Source: Hypanus sabinus (taxonomy: Eukaryota). Taken from it: a DNA stretch of 64,000 nucleotides. The notes beneath the pieces were generated by a model. That model was not told the DNA's origin and made no database searches. It worked only from the letters and a program-made list of their open reading frames with translations. The stretch spans positions 58,714,001 through 58,778,000 of the forward strand of contig NC_082710.1 of NCBI RefSeq assembly GCF_030144855.1, written 5' to 3'. Positions 1 to 13,032 of the stretch are shown one piece after another (position 1 is the stretch's first letter; each line of letters starts with the position of its first letter). Both the position numbers and the translations under genes were made by a program.

Positions 1-2106
1 ATTATGGTGAACGGGATCTATTCTGACAGAAGGTCATCCAAGCAAATCATGAACTCCCTTCCTTTCTCCCACAGATAATGCCCGCTGAATACTTCCTGGC
101 TTTAATTCCTATCTACAGAGCCTGTCTTTTGACTGTGGTTTCCAGAAGTAGTCCATGGAGCTCTTTAAAAGTCTATAGCCCTATCACAAATATGCTATAT
201 TTTCATAAGATTGGGATGAAATTCCATGTAAAAGCAAAGTAATTACAATCTTCGCCTACAGCCTATTGCAAGCCATTAGCTGCGAGACATTTATTTATTT
301 CTGGACTGCGATCAAAACTTGTTATCACCAATAACAAAGAAACTAAAATAAAATTACCCATTTCTAGTTGGTTTAAAGAGATTAATGCAGATAGGAAATG
401 TTCTTCCCTAAAGAACATTTGTGAGCCACCTGGGTTTATATTACAATCTGGCAGCTTCTATTATTATTGTTGTGGTGTTATCTCATACAGCATTTTGGGT
501 TCTGAACACTTAGAACATAAAAACTGTCTCATAGGAAAGGACACTTGCCCATTCTATGCTGCCTGAGCATTAACCTTGGGACTATGGAATTTTATCCTTA
601 AAATACAGACTCTTTTTCCAAGTGTCATGAGAAAATTGTGTCATTATGCTATTATTACCAGTATTTAGTATAACCATGAAATAAAGCAGATCTGAAAAGC
701 TATTTGAAGAGATTTTGCTAGTATTGTGAGAGAAATTATTTCTGATACCCCATTATAAAGTATGCTTCGCCTGTGAGTGATCATACGGAGCAGTTCATGA
801 AAAATGGTGTCCTCAGCTTCTTACCCAATAAAGAAAGATGGCAGACCTAGTATGGTCAGTAACTCCTGGAGGCATGGAGATACCTGCTGCCAGAAGCTAA
901 CTTGTTGCTTACTATCAGCTGCTGCTTACAACCTTCAGTTTTAGCAGCCTAGTGAATTGATATTCCCAAAGGCAAGGCCATAATTGCCAACAATGAGTAG
1001 ATAAGAATTTGATCAGTAGTAATCCATTCAACAATCAATTCCCGGATTGACTTCCAACAGAGAGAAAAATAAAGTAAACCAGAGTTAAACTGTTTAAGTG
1101 TGAAAATTTGCCTATAATTGGAGAGTGTCTGTTTGTACAGATGTCATAGAATATATATGGGATAAAAAATCTAATAGTGGATAATGATACAAATGATGTC
1201 AAATAATGTTTTGATAAATTCATTCCTTCATCAACACATATAGTTTAGGAGAAGATCTATTTTTGTGCTTGATGTAGATTCTGGAGAAATGTTGCTATTA
1301 TAGAATAGGGATGTGGAATAACAACCCTTTGATTTTGTTTCTGCCTAGGCCAGATCTGCTAAAAAATGTGGCAGCATGTTAACAGCAAACTTAGGCCAGT
1401 GTCTGAGCTTCCCTGAGGTCTTTTGGCTTCATCAAACAAATAAACATCTCTCAGCCAATGGAGGTAGGAGGTGTTTGTAATTAATTTGCATTTACAAGGA
1501 ACTTTATCCAAATCCAATGCAAGTCTAACATTATTGTGAGAATGGTCTGTACTTCTATGGAACAAAAAAATCTGTTTTGTCACTATTTTTAAGAGTAAGG
1601 AGTAGAAAGGTGGTGGGGCAATGATTTGAGGGGGAGGTAATTGAGAGTTTCAAGTTCTTAGGGCCTGTCCTGGTCCAACCACAAAGATACCATAGCCAAG
1701 GAAGCGCAGAGGGCCCAGTGTCTCTACTTCCTCAGAAGGCTAAGGAAATTGAGCATGTGCCCATTGACACTCATCAGTTTTTTTTTATTGATGCACCATA
1801 TATGTACACTTGTGTACTATCTAACTGTATGATATGACAACTCATCTACCAAGACTGCAAGAAATTGCTGAAAGTCATGGACCTGACTCAATCCATTATG
1901 AACAACAACCAGTTCCCCATGAACTCTCTTACCACCTTACAAAAGAAACCAGCATAATGAAATCATAATTAAAGCCCCCTCCCGCCCCAGAAGTTCTCTC
2001 TTCTCCCTCTTCTGTCAGGCACAAAAGCTCAAAACTTACTGTCAGGCACAAAGCTCAAAAACTTAAGCTCCTATCCCACTAAGACTTTTGAATAGACTGA
2101 ATACCT

Positions 2107-3900
2107 TAAGACCATAAGACATTGGAGCAGCACTGGCCCACCCGGCCCGTCAAGTCTGTTCTGTCATTCCATCATGCCTGATTCATTACCCCTCACAGCC
2201 TCATTCTCCTGCCTTTGCCCCATAACCTTTGTTGCACTGACTAACCAAGAACCTATTACTTCCCACTTTAAATATACTCAATGACTTGGCTTCTGCAGCC
2301 AACCGTGACAATTAATTTCAGATTGATCACCTTCTGGCTCAAGGAATTCTTCATCATCTCTGTTCTAAACAGATGTCCCTCTGTTCCAGGAGTTCCCAAA
2401 TTTTTTTAATGCCATGGACCCTTACCAGTATCAGACGTGTGCATGAACCCCAGGATGGGAACCACTGCTTTGTTCTGAGTCTCTACACTCTGGTACTAGA
2501 TTCCTCCCCCCAATAGGAAGCATCCTCTCCACACCTACTTCGTCTAGGAGATCTCCCTTCATTCTTCTAAACTTCAGTGAGTACAGACCAAGAGTGATCA
2601 AATGCTCCTCATGCGTTAACCCATACATTTCTGGAATCATTCTTGTGAACCTTCTCTGGACCCTCTCCATTGACAGTGCTGTCAATTTTGTCTTCTGTTG
2701 CATAAGGGGCCCAAAAATGCTCATAATACTCCCAGTGTGGTCTGAACAATGGCTTATAAAGCCTTAACATTACATCTTTGCTTTCATATTCTAGTCCTCT
2801 TAAAATGAATGCCAACATTGCATTTGCCTTTCTCACCACTGACTCAACCTGAAAGTTATGTTTTAGCGAAATCTGCACAAAGACTCCCATCCTTTTTGCA
2901 CCTCTGATTTTTTAATTTTCCCCATGTTTAGAAAGTAGTCTATACCTTTATTCCTTCTGCCGAAGTGCACAACCATACTCTTCCCAATACTATATTCCAT
3001 CTGCCATTTCTTTGCCCATTCTCCTATCTGGCTAAGTCTTTCTGCAGACTCCCTGCCTCCTCAACACCACCTATCACTCCAACTATCTTTGTATTATCTA
3101 CAAACTTGGGCTCAAAGCCATTAATTCCATCATCCAAATGTTGACATATAACTTGAAAAGAAGCAGTCCCAATACTGAACCCTATGGAGCACCACAAGTC
3201 ACTGGCAGACAACCAGAATAGGCCCCCTTTATTCTTATTCTTTACCTCCAGCCAGTCAGCCAATCTTCTATCCATGTTAGTATCTTTCCTGTGATATCAT
3301 GGGCTTATCTTGCTAAGCAGCCTCATGTGTGGCACCTTGTCAAAGGCCTTCTGAAAATCCAAGTACACACAACCACTGACTCTCCTTTATATATCCTGCC
3401 TGTTACTTCCTCAAAGTTACAAGAGTTTTGTCAGGCAAGATTTCACCTTAAAGAAACCATGCTGACTTTGACATACTTCATCTTGTATCTCCAAATACCC
3501 CAAAACCTCATCTTTGATAATGGACTGCATCATCTTCCCAACCACTGAAGTTAGACTGACTGTCCTGTAATTTCCTTTCTTCTGCTTCCCTCCCATCTTA
3601 AACAGTGGAGTGACATTTGCAATTTTCCAGTCCTCTGGAACCATTCCAGAACCTAGTGATTTTTGAAAGATTATTATTAATGCCTCTACAATCTCATACT
3701 GTATGCCACCTCTTTCAGAGGGTGCAGTTCATCTGGTCCAGGTGACTTATCTACTTTCAGACCTTTCAACTTCCCAAGCACCTTCTGCTTAGTAATAGCA
3801 ACAACACTCACTTCTGCCCTCTGACCCTCTCAAATTTCTGGCATTCTGTTTTCCACAGTGAAGACAGACACAAAATATTTATTAAGTTCATCCACCATTT
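2107..3900 (-). mobile_element. CR1 LINE, 5'-truncated, frameshifted ORF2 (RT)
   Basis: Fragments VPEDWKIANVTPLFK (3417-3644), FVDNTKI (3024-3275), KANAMLAFILRGLEY (2609-2890), ERVQRRFTRMIP (2431-2724); taagaccataagac tail at ~2107. Confidence 0.93.
2387..2467. mobile_element. 81-bp hAT-type MITE inside the CR1
   Basis: TIRs caggagttccca / tgggaaccactg (10/12 match); 8-bp TSD ctctgttc (2379-2386) / ctttgttc (2468-2475). Confidence 0.8.
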
Positions 3901-4664
3901 CTTGTACATTATAAATTAACTCTTGACCTCCCAATCTTGTCTATTGCACTGTAACTGTATCTATAATAGTATATTCTCAATTTTATTACTACTTTGTACT
4001 ACTCAAAGTAATTATGTTTTGAAATGATCGGCATGGATGTTTCTTCAGCACGGGGCAATAACAAACCAATACCAATGATGTTAAAATAATAGTTTGAATG
4101 TGCACATCTCATGAATCAGAGTTTCCTAAAGTTGGTATTGAATTGCACTGAGCAGTGTTAAGCAAATATATGAAATTATAGAATTACAGTATTAGTTATT
4201 CTTCAAGAAGTAAACTCTCAGATGAATCATTAGCAACCTTAGCTGAGAGCTTTTTATTGACAGAACGCAGTGTCTTGGTGAGCTTGTCACAATAAATATT
4301 TTAACTGCTATTATTTCCTTATTTACTGAAGGTCAGCAACTTGTAAAATCGGTATGCATGATGATGGAAACTGAAGATTTTAGCATGTTTTGCTTTTGAA
4401 GAGAGAACAGAATGCTGATTAAAGCACAACACCCTGCCGGGTGCCTCACTGTTTTCAGTTGTTTTCAGAGAAAAGAAACTAAGATGTTCATTATAACCAT
4501 TTACATTGGCAGATTACAATTGTTTAAGTGACACATTCTGTTCTCTGCCTGGCTCACTTATTTCTTTGTGCATTAATAATAATGATGGTGCACAGCATGG
4601 ATTGTTATTAGTGTTCGCAGTTTCCTTTACTAAATATATGAACATGGGGAGTATCCATGATTGA

Positions 4665-4805
4665 AGACACAAATAAACTGTTGGAAGAACTCAGCGGGTT
4701 TATCATCTGTACAAGGATAAGAATTATTGATGTTTTGGTTTTAAATCCTGCATCAGGTCCCACACATGCTGCTTGACATGTTGAATTTTTCCAGAAAATT
4801 GTTTA
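4665..4805. repeat. Penelope-derived short palindromic element, decayed
   Basis: Arms tgttggaagaactcagc ... gttgaatttttccagaa resemble the element at 9465-9681. Confidence 0.6.
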
Positions 4806-5131
4806 TCTATGATTGCAGGTTGGATCTCTCCCATCCACCATTCTCCCATCCATCACCAAGCATCTGGCCTCAAATTCTGATCAAAGGTTGCTCTTGCCAT
4901 ACTGAGAAGATTGCACATGGACACTGCTCTGAAGTACTCTGAGCTCCAGATTAATTGTTAATCAGGTTGATTTCTTCTGGAAGTCTTACCAACTCCAAGA
5001 AAGTTAAGATATGGGAGTTAAGTGTATGGAGCAATCAAACTTCTGCCCTTCTCCACAGAAAATCCACTCTGTCTCCCTTCTCCTGCTAAAATCCTAACCA
5101 CAGATTCCAATTTTGATATAACAAGAAAATA

Positions 5132-5368
5132 ATTAGAATCAGGTGTATTATCACTGTCTTATATGACATGTTTTGTGGCAACAGTAGATGCAAAGACATA
5201 AAATTACTATAAATTAAATAATTAATAATGCAAATAAGGAATAATGGGGTGGCATTCAAGGGTTCATGAACTAATCTGATGGCAGAGGGGAAGAAGTTGT
5301 TTTTAAATCATTGAGTGTGATGTTTCAGGCTCTTGTAACTCCTTCCTGATGGTAGAAATGAGAAGAAT
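5132..5368 (-). mobile_element. Rex1/Babar 3' fragment
   Basis: Similar to the 3' end of the copy at 62520-63225 (caggctcttgtaactccttcctgatggtag). Confidence 0.6.
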
Positions 5369-6874
5369 TCATTTAAGAAAACACAGTTGTGAGGAAGTTA
5401 ATCTTTTGTAAGCAGGACCCGATATCAGTTTGATCAGAGAGCTCCAGGTCTAAAGAGAACATTCCAGGAAAGCACTGTGTAGTTCATGTGGAAACACAGA
5501 AATAAACTTTATGTATAAGTCAGAAAAAATGGATATTTTAGCACAACATGGGCACTATCAGTCACCACTGATCTCAGGCCAGGGCCTCTGTCAGCCTGTC
5601 ACAGGTGGACGATAGCTCCATCAGGTGACAAGATCCATCACAACGTGGCCTCATGACAGGCCTGCTGGAGGTCAGTCATGGACTGGGAAGAGAGCAGTGC
5701 TGTCAACAGTGTAGTCGAATGGTATCGAGTAGACTGTGGATGTTTACATCCACAGAACACTTTATATGGGCATAGGTTGTAGTATGGGATTATTTTGGAT
5801 ATGGGTAGTGGGGAGCAAGACCATAACAAGGCCAAAAATGTATAACTGAGAATTGTTAGTCAACAGGCTAAACTGTCTCCTGTAATGATAGATCCTGCAT
5901 GATATTGCATTAAAGTAGTGGGAAAGGACAATTGTCTTGATGAGTGAGCAAGGTTACCATGGATGTGGTGGGCCAGGAGGTCTATTTCTAGTCTGTACAA
6001 CTCCAAGGCTCTGGCACTTGCCTGCTCCTTTTTCCTGAGTTTTGATCATTTATTCAATCACTTGGTCTCACTGGTGCCCTCCAGCACTCTAAACAGATTT
6101 TGGTAAAATATTTGTGCCATCACAGCCTCACCTGAAAGACCTGATGGATCTGAATTCAGAACCCGATGATAGGAATGCTCCTGCTTGGGTTAATGATGCT
6201 TTGTACCAGACCCAGTCTAAAATCTAGTCTGGTTCTAGTAGGTCCCAAGGCCTGAAACTGGGTGGACTCCCGAGGAGCTAACATCAAGTAGTTCACAAGG
6301 CCCTGATGGGCCTCAAGAACAACCAGCATCACTGGACTGGCCCAAAGTCAGGAATGACATGAAATATCTCCTTGATTTGACTTGAAAGGCTCCAGAAACG
6401 AGGGAGTCAGGTGTGGGGTGGGGTGAACGCAGCACAGAGATTAGAGGTGTGCTTTTCTTTTATCTTTAACTGTGGCCTTTGGAAAGCTCCTCAGTGCTGA
6501 CGTGATGAAGGAGTTCAGAATAGATAAGAGGTAACATCACCCGTAGCTCTCTTCAGGGAGGTGTGCAGCTCTTACCATTCCCACACTCACCCCATGGCCA
6601 GTAGGTTCCATGCCATACAGAACAGACAGTTTTCAAATGTAGAATGCCCTGTATGATGCAGGATTTTCAGCAACCTTAAAAGAAGGTGGCAAGGTGATCT
6701 ATATTCCATTCAATTCTGAATTGGCAGCCAATATACCTCTGGCAGGAATTGCACAGAAGTTCACAAACCAATATTTTCCCAACAATCTCAATGCTTTGTT
6801 GAAAAAAAAAGTCCATGAAGCAAAGACGAAAGGTTTTCCTGTTTATTTTAAAGTAGAGAACTACATATGCCAGA

Positions 6875-7440
6875 AGTCAGAAGAAAAAACTGAAATAGCT
6901 GGAGGGACTCGGCCGGCCAGATATTCCACCACTTTAGCTCTCCACCCTTTTCATACTCTGACCTTCCTACACTAATTCAGCAAAGTCCAATAGAAGCTCA
7001 AGGAACAATGTCTCATTTCCTTTTAGATACATTGCAGCCTTTGAACTCAATGTTGAACTCAATAGTTTCAAAGTAGCAGCATTTCCTACTTGTCCTGTTG
7101 TAAGATCTCAACCTTTAATGTTAATTCAGTTTTTTGTGCACCACAGATGCCACTTGGCCTGCTGAGTGATTCTAGCATTCTCTTTTATTTTGGATCCCAA
7201 GCAACCGCTTTATTCTGTGGCTCACAGTAACATGTGGCTTAGCTGTTTTTCCCTCTTATATCATCAGTCATATCCTTCAACTTACTGTACATTCCTGAAA
7301 CAGCTCCGTTCTGATTAACAAACATCTCTTAAACTGCATCAAAAGTAGCTTATCACTGACATTTCCACTGTTCTCTTCACCATGTCTCCTTTTCTGCATT
7401 TAAAATATACTTGCTGTCTCACTTTTTCAGGTCTGATGAA
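6875..7440 (+). mobile_element. Penelope-like element remnant (GIY-YIG C-terminus plus terminal repeat)
   Basis: 6995-7070 reads KLKEQCLI..TLQP..LNVELNSF, like PLE 'KLEEQHLIFRLGTLQP.GLN'; terminal motif cacagatgccacttggcctgctgagt at ~7142; ctgatgaa at 7433-7440. Confidence 0.7.
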
Positions 7441-7518
7441 CTACCTACCAAGCTTTCCAGGGAAAGTTGAGCATCAGTAACCACTGGACCACAAAGTTAG
7501 TAGTTAAAGATTATAGAA

Positions 7519-7830
7519 TAGCTCATCCCCAATTTACAAACTCCTAACTAATGAGCACCCTCACATACATACCAGATCCTATAATTTTGTTAAATTCATA
7601 AGTGTCAAACTTGTGTTCATGCCTATACATATCAGAACTAGTTTCCTCTCTTTCATCACTTTTAGTTAATGCTCTTTCTTACCAGCTTTGTATCTGTTTG
7701 ATGGCATTCATTGCAATACTATGGAAATGAGCTTACAATATCAAATAGATCTGTAATTTTCTGACATATGGACAAAATTGATTTATCAGTGTGAATATGG
7801 AATCCATTCATTACCTGAAGATGGCCTGTG
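7519..7830. mobile_element. Possible decayed TcMar-Tigger-like MITE
   Basis: Weakly inverted termini (tagctcatccccaatttac / cattacctgaagatggcctg); highly diverged. Confidence 0.3.
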
Positions 7831-8014
7831 TATATGTTTAACCAAAAGATCTCTTTAATAATTTATCCTTAAACAATTGCTTTCTGCAGATATGCAAGTA
7901 CCAGTTTCTTGCTCTAAATAGCTCAACAATTATGATGTTTCATGAAGAACTTGTGCTGCCTTTGAATTCTCCAGAGGCAGTGTACCCCTGTAGATACAGC
8001 CAATATAAGAAGCT

Positions 8015-8300
8015 GGGCACGGTAGCATAGCAGTTAGTGCGATGCTATTACAACTCAGGGCGTCGCAGTTTGGTGTTCAACCCAGCATCCTCTGTCCGTC
8101 CTCTCCAAGGAATGTGTGTGTTTTCCCTGGATGCTCCATTACCTCCCACAGTCCAAAGACATACCGTGTAGGCTAATTGGTCATTGTAAATTGTCCCATG
8201 ATCGGGTTGGGTTAAATCAGGATAGTTAGGGGTTGCTGGGTGGTGTGGCATGAAGAGCAGGAAGGACCTATTCCATACTGTATCTCCCTAAATAAATAAA
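8015..8300 (+). mobile_element. tRNA-derived V-SINE (HE1-like)
   Basis: tRNA-like head, V-domain ctcccacagtccaaagac..ggctaattggtcattgtaaattg, CR1-like tail ending aaataaataaaa. Confidence 0.85.
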
Positions 8301-9019
8301 ACTCTTAATAATATACATTTGTATTATATTTACTGTACCAGATTCAACCTCTTCAGAGTGATGAGTGAAAGATATTGAGACAAGTCCTTTGCAGTTGATG
8401 ACAACTATTCCATCTCTGATCTGCACCAAAATACCTTTTGTTTCTCTTTCATACAGATGTTTTTGTTTGCAGTTAAACTTCAAATAACAGTTTTGTCTTA
8501 AGAGATACCAACATGCCATGTACCTGAAGGTAGCTGAGAGAAGTTTTAAGATGCACAGTCATGTAAAATAGGTGGCAGCATATCAGCAGCCTCTTTAATG
8601 GCTTTCCTGATTTTTTATTTCCTTTGAAAATAAAATTCAAGGCAGAAGTGAAACTGGCTGCTGATGTAGAGTCATAAATTGTACAGCCTAGAAATGGGCA
8701 CTTTCAGCCCACATCATCCGCACCATCTGTGCTGCCAATCTCTGCTAATCCCATTTGCTTGCATTAGGCCCATATCCTTCTCCAGTGATAGTGAACTTTT
8801 GTGAGAACATGTGCCCAAAATTCTTCTAAAAACTTGTCTCATGCACCACGGTAATTCTGAGTAGAGATAATTATCATCAACTAATGAATTAGTAACAGTA
8901 ATTAAAGACTATTTTTACTGAAAGAGGTGAGTCCTGATGCATATTTATGTGTATTCATTGTTTTACTATTATTAGAAGTATGATAGAGACATTGAAATAA
9001 ACAAAGTACTTTATTTTAC

Positions 9020-9265
9020 TTTCATATATTTAGAGATACAATATGGTAACAGACCCCTCCAGCCCAACAAGCCCATACCACCTAATTACACCCTTATGAT
9101 CAATAATCTACTGACCCGTACGCCTTTGGAATGTGAGAGGAAACCGGAGCACCTGAGGAAAATCCAAGTGGTCATGGGGAACATGTACAAATTCCTCCAG
9201 ACAGCAGTGGAAATGAGCCTGGATCACTGATGCAGTAATAGGGTTATGTAACCTGTACACTACAC
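9020..9265 (-). mobile_element. V-SINE (HE1-like)
   Basis: Reverse-complement V-domain ctttggaatgtgagaggaaaccggagcacc. Confidence 0.8.
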
Positions 9266-9464
9266 TAATGCCTTTTAGTAAAACTGTTCAAAAATTATGA
9301 ACATTAACCTTTTAAGAAGACAAGTGAAAATTAACATCATTTCTAAATAATATTGTATTGTACCTCAGAAGAAAATTGAATGTTACATTATAAGTTTTAA
9401 ATGCATGGAAGATCAAGAAAAGGAAAATAAACTCACTTTACTCAGAGACTTTTGCTGCTGCGAT

Positions 9465-9681
9465 AACAAAGACAAGAGAAAATCTGCAGATGCTGGAAAC
9501 ACAAGCAACACGCACAAAATGCTGGAGGAACTCAGCAGGCCAGGCAGCATCTATAGAAAAGAGTACAGTGGATGTTTTGGGCTGAGACCTGCCGAAAGAT
9601 CTCAGCCTGAAGCACCAACTGTACTCTTCCCCATAGATGCTGCCTGGCCTGCTGAGTTCCTCCAGCTCTTGGTGTGTATTG
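9465..9681. repeat. Penelope-derived palindromic element (long hairpin)
   Basis: Perfect 34-bp inverted arms 9521-9554 / 9633-9666; imperfect pairing continues inward to a small loop at ~9591-9596. Confidence 0.85.
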
Positions 9682-10200
9682 ACAAATATTTTATATCTGA
9701 TTTGTCTTTATTTGTTTAGAGAGCTATACAGGTAACACTAGTTTCATCAGTAAGTCTATCCTAATAGACCTGACCAAGTTCATCAATGAAAACATCAACT
9801 TGTGTGAATATTCATAGACTGCATACAGTATTTACCATTATTATCATAGAACAACAGAAGAAAAAATGTAAACTGAGTAAATGTAATACCAACGGACTCA
9901 ACCATTTAATATCCATATACAGATATGTACACCAGGCCTGCAAGGATTTCAAAACGTGTCATCTAATGTTTCCAGTGAAAACATCTCACTGTTTACAGAT
10001 TGTAAAAAATGATTTGCTGCTTCATCTGGCAATAAAGTTGGTAATGTGTTACTTATAAACGATGTGTGAAGATAAAGAATTGAGGGGCAGTACTGCATGC
10101 TGCGTGCCAATAAAATTTTCTACTCATGCCATCTTGAGTACTCATGCTCCAGGTTTACCTCCATTTCTCTACCCCTTTTATCAAAGGAATGTCGAATTAC

Positions 10201-13032
10201 TGTCAGACAATGCTTGACCAAAAAGCAAAGCAGCAGAGACACTACAAAACAAAAATGTAAACATAACAAGCAAAAAGCCAAACTTTAGGCAGGAAGAGTG
10301 AAAGCTAGGAGCAACTAGTTGAGGCTGGATGGTTCGCTGAGTGAAGAAGGATATTAGATGAAAACAGGGGTTAAATAGGCTGCAGGTGATGACTTTGTTT
10401 TAGCTGGATGGAGGCTGGGAGGTTCAAAGCTGGAGTACCGTAGCTGGGCATTGACAGTGGTTGGCGTGGCAGCAGTGGGCGATGTTGGTAGCTAGGATGG
10501 CCCTGTGTACCTTCGACTAGGCCTACTGGCAGAACCGAAGCAGGAGACTAGTGGACAGGGCCTCCACATGGGCTCCTCTGCAGGGAACAATGGGAATTGG
10601 TAGCCATGAAGCACTTCCAATTCATACCCATGGTAGAGAAGACAGCGCAGCCCAGAGCAGATACTTCTTCAATGTGGAAGGGTTAGAAATGATGGATCAT
10701 TGCAGAAACTTGCTAATTGGTTCTTTCTGACTGACTGTCAGCCTGCAAATAATAACCAGTGGACAAACTCCTGCTGAAGTGTGAAGGAGGAAGCAGAAGA
10801 CTTGCCAGGAGTGGAAGGTGAATTGTGGGTCCCGATCCAACCCCAGGTTCTGAGGGAAGCTATGGAAGTGAATGACAGGTCTGCTATCTCAGCAGATGAC
10901 TGAAGCTTGGGGCGGGTAAAGAACTGGGCCACCTTGGAAAACCAACCCACCACTGTCATCATCAGTATCAGCAATGAAATCTATGCCACACTGTGACCAT
11001 GGGCATCAAGGAACCAGCAGGAGCTACAAGAGCCCAGAGGGGTGCTGGTTGGAGGACTTGGACCAGGCCCACTGAGGGCAGGTCGCAACAAACTGACGTA
11101 CATCTGCGATCATAGTGGCCCACTAATGGTGATTTTGTTTAGTCTACAGTAGTCAAACAAGATCCCCCCATCTTACTTTTTGACTAAGAACAACACTGCA
11201 TGGTCTGGGGTATAACCATATAACATATAACCATATAACAATTACAGCACGGGAACAGGCCATCTCGGCCTTTCTAGTCCGTGTCGACACAGATGGCCAA
11301 AGGGATGGTCAAACAAATGCTGTAGCACTTCGGCGATGTAGTGAATCATGGCTTGGGTCTCAGGAGGAGAAAGGGAGAACAGATGGCCTTGGGGTGGTGA
11401 CCGGGAGGTGGTCCATCATGTAGTCATGTGGACTATGAGGTGGCTGGGTGTTGGCTTCCCTTCCACTGAAGGCGATGGCTAATTCATGATATTCCTGTGG
11501 TTGTTTGGTGAGGTCAAGGATTTCCTCCGTCTCTACAGATTTACGGGATGAAGTTAACCGAGATTTTAGGCAGATGGTCTGGTATGTGAGTCCTCAACTC
11601 AATAGTGCACCGGGGACCAGGCAAAATGAGGCTCATGAGTGGAAAGCCAGGAATAACCCAGGATGAGAGGAGTTTTGGATGGCTCTTCGACACTCATCTG
11701 CACCAAGCATGACTGTCTGTCTGACTGTCCCAGATCCTACGGGATGTCCGTCAGAGGCTGTGATTTAAATGGGTGAGAAATACTGTAGGTTCTGTAGGGT
11801 GTCCAAGCTGCACACAGAGTCTGATCCAGAAATTTTTCTGCTGTGCTGGAATCCACCAGAGCCTCCTGTGTGTGCACACAAAGGGCATTTGATGTGCTGG
11901 TGGTCGGCTCCTCAACAGTAAGTGCACAAGTTGGTTCTCCGCTAACGCTTGTTCTGGGGGAGGGTGCTGTGGGGGGTGTGGGGTAGTTAAGCAAGCTCTC
12001 CCTAGCTTCATGGTTTCTGGAAGCATTGCTGATGATCTGGAGGGTCGTTCTATAAGATGCTTGCCATACAGAGAGCCAGAGTGATGAGGCTTTCAAGGTC
12101 AATGGACATGAGCTCATCTTTCAAGCACTCCAAGAGGCCACGATAGTAATGAACCAGAAGCACTTCCACGTTCAAGCTGCATCCCGCCACGAGGATCCTG
12201 AATTCCACGGTGTAATCCAGCACAAAGACTGAGCTTCAGTGTAGGCAATGTATCAGATCCGCTGTATCCTTTCCACTTCCCAGTGGTGAAATCCTCATAT
12301 TTGTTGCAAATGCTGGCCTTATTGTCTCTGTTAGTGATGGCCCAGGTCAAGCCTCTCCCAGTCCAGAGAGAGGTGAGGAACGTGACCTTAGCCCGATCTG
12401 TAGAGTGGAGACAGATGGAGCCCAAAATGTAACGTACATTGTTGTGGCATCAGGTTGGAGAATCATCAAATCGTTTGGGCACAGGAATCTGGGGCTTAGA
12501 GGGAGGTGGTTGACTGGTGCAGAGTTGCTGCACCAGGTTGAGAGTTGGGTGAAAGTGGCCGACAGATGGTCAATGGTTGCCTGCTGCTTCTGGGTCATGT
12601 GCTCCTGTCAGTGGACGACTTCCTTTCGGTGAGCATACTCTGCTGTGTTAACCACTGGTTCACTCCTCTGGAGAGAAAATGTAGTTTGGCTTGACCCAAG
12701 AGCAGAACAGCAGAGATGATTCAGCAGTGAATGAAAACTTTAATAATAGACCACAAAATAACAAGCCACAGGCGGGGGTGGGGGGTGACGTAGAACCAGA
12801 GAGAACCTAAACTAAACACAACAGGCAAAAAGGCAAACTTTAGGCAGGGAGAGTGAAAGCTTGGAGCAACTGGCTGAACTGAGTGAACAAGGACTGTGGA
12901 TGTAAACTGGGGTTAAATAGGCTGCAGGTGATGAGTCTGAAACGAGTGGCAGGCAGATCCTATCCGTTAGGTGGAGACTAGGAGATGCCTGCACATGCGG
13001 TCTGGGATGTGTCAGCAGGAGCAGGCCTGATT
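10201..13032 (-). mobile_element. Decayed Ty3/Gypsy LTR retrotransposon, Sushi/PEG10-like gag, internally deleted
   Basis: Direct LTR copies ~10201-10393 and ~12665-13032; gag STDRAKVTFLTSLWTGRGLTWA (12114-12425); protease ALVDS (11737-12117); RT FLVKK*DGG (~11165-11190); putative TSD attac 10196-10200 / 13033-13037. Confidence 0.85.
11211..11288 (-). mobile_element. Very short 3' tail of young CR1 family inserted in the Gypsy pol
   Basis: (atataacc)n tail plus attacagcacgggaacaggccatctcggcc, matching 59243-59310. Confidence 0.85.

Larger units (their letters stand above)
1670..4075 (+). mobile_element. Rex1/Babar-type LINE 3' fragment, split by a CR1 insertion (pieces ~1670-2105 and ~3901-4075)
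   Basis: 1700-1800 encodes ..LYFLRRLRKLSMCPLTLISF.., matching the Rex1 C-terminal 'LYFLRRLRKF' motif; 3' UTR resumes at ~3901 and ends in aacaaaccaataccaat. Confidence 0.7.

Noticed and set aside
8015-8090. tRNA gene
   Set aside because: Decayed tRNA-derived SINE head continuing into V-domain and tail; no cloverleaf
9405-9719. 104-aa ORF as a gene, or the hairpin as a miRNA
   Set aside because: ORF runs through a repeat-derived palindrome; no evidence for miRNA processing
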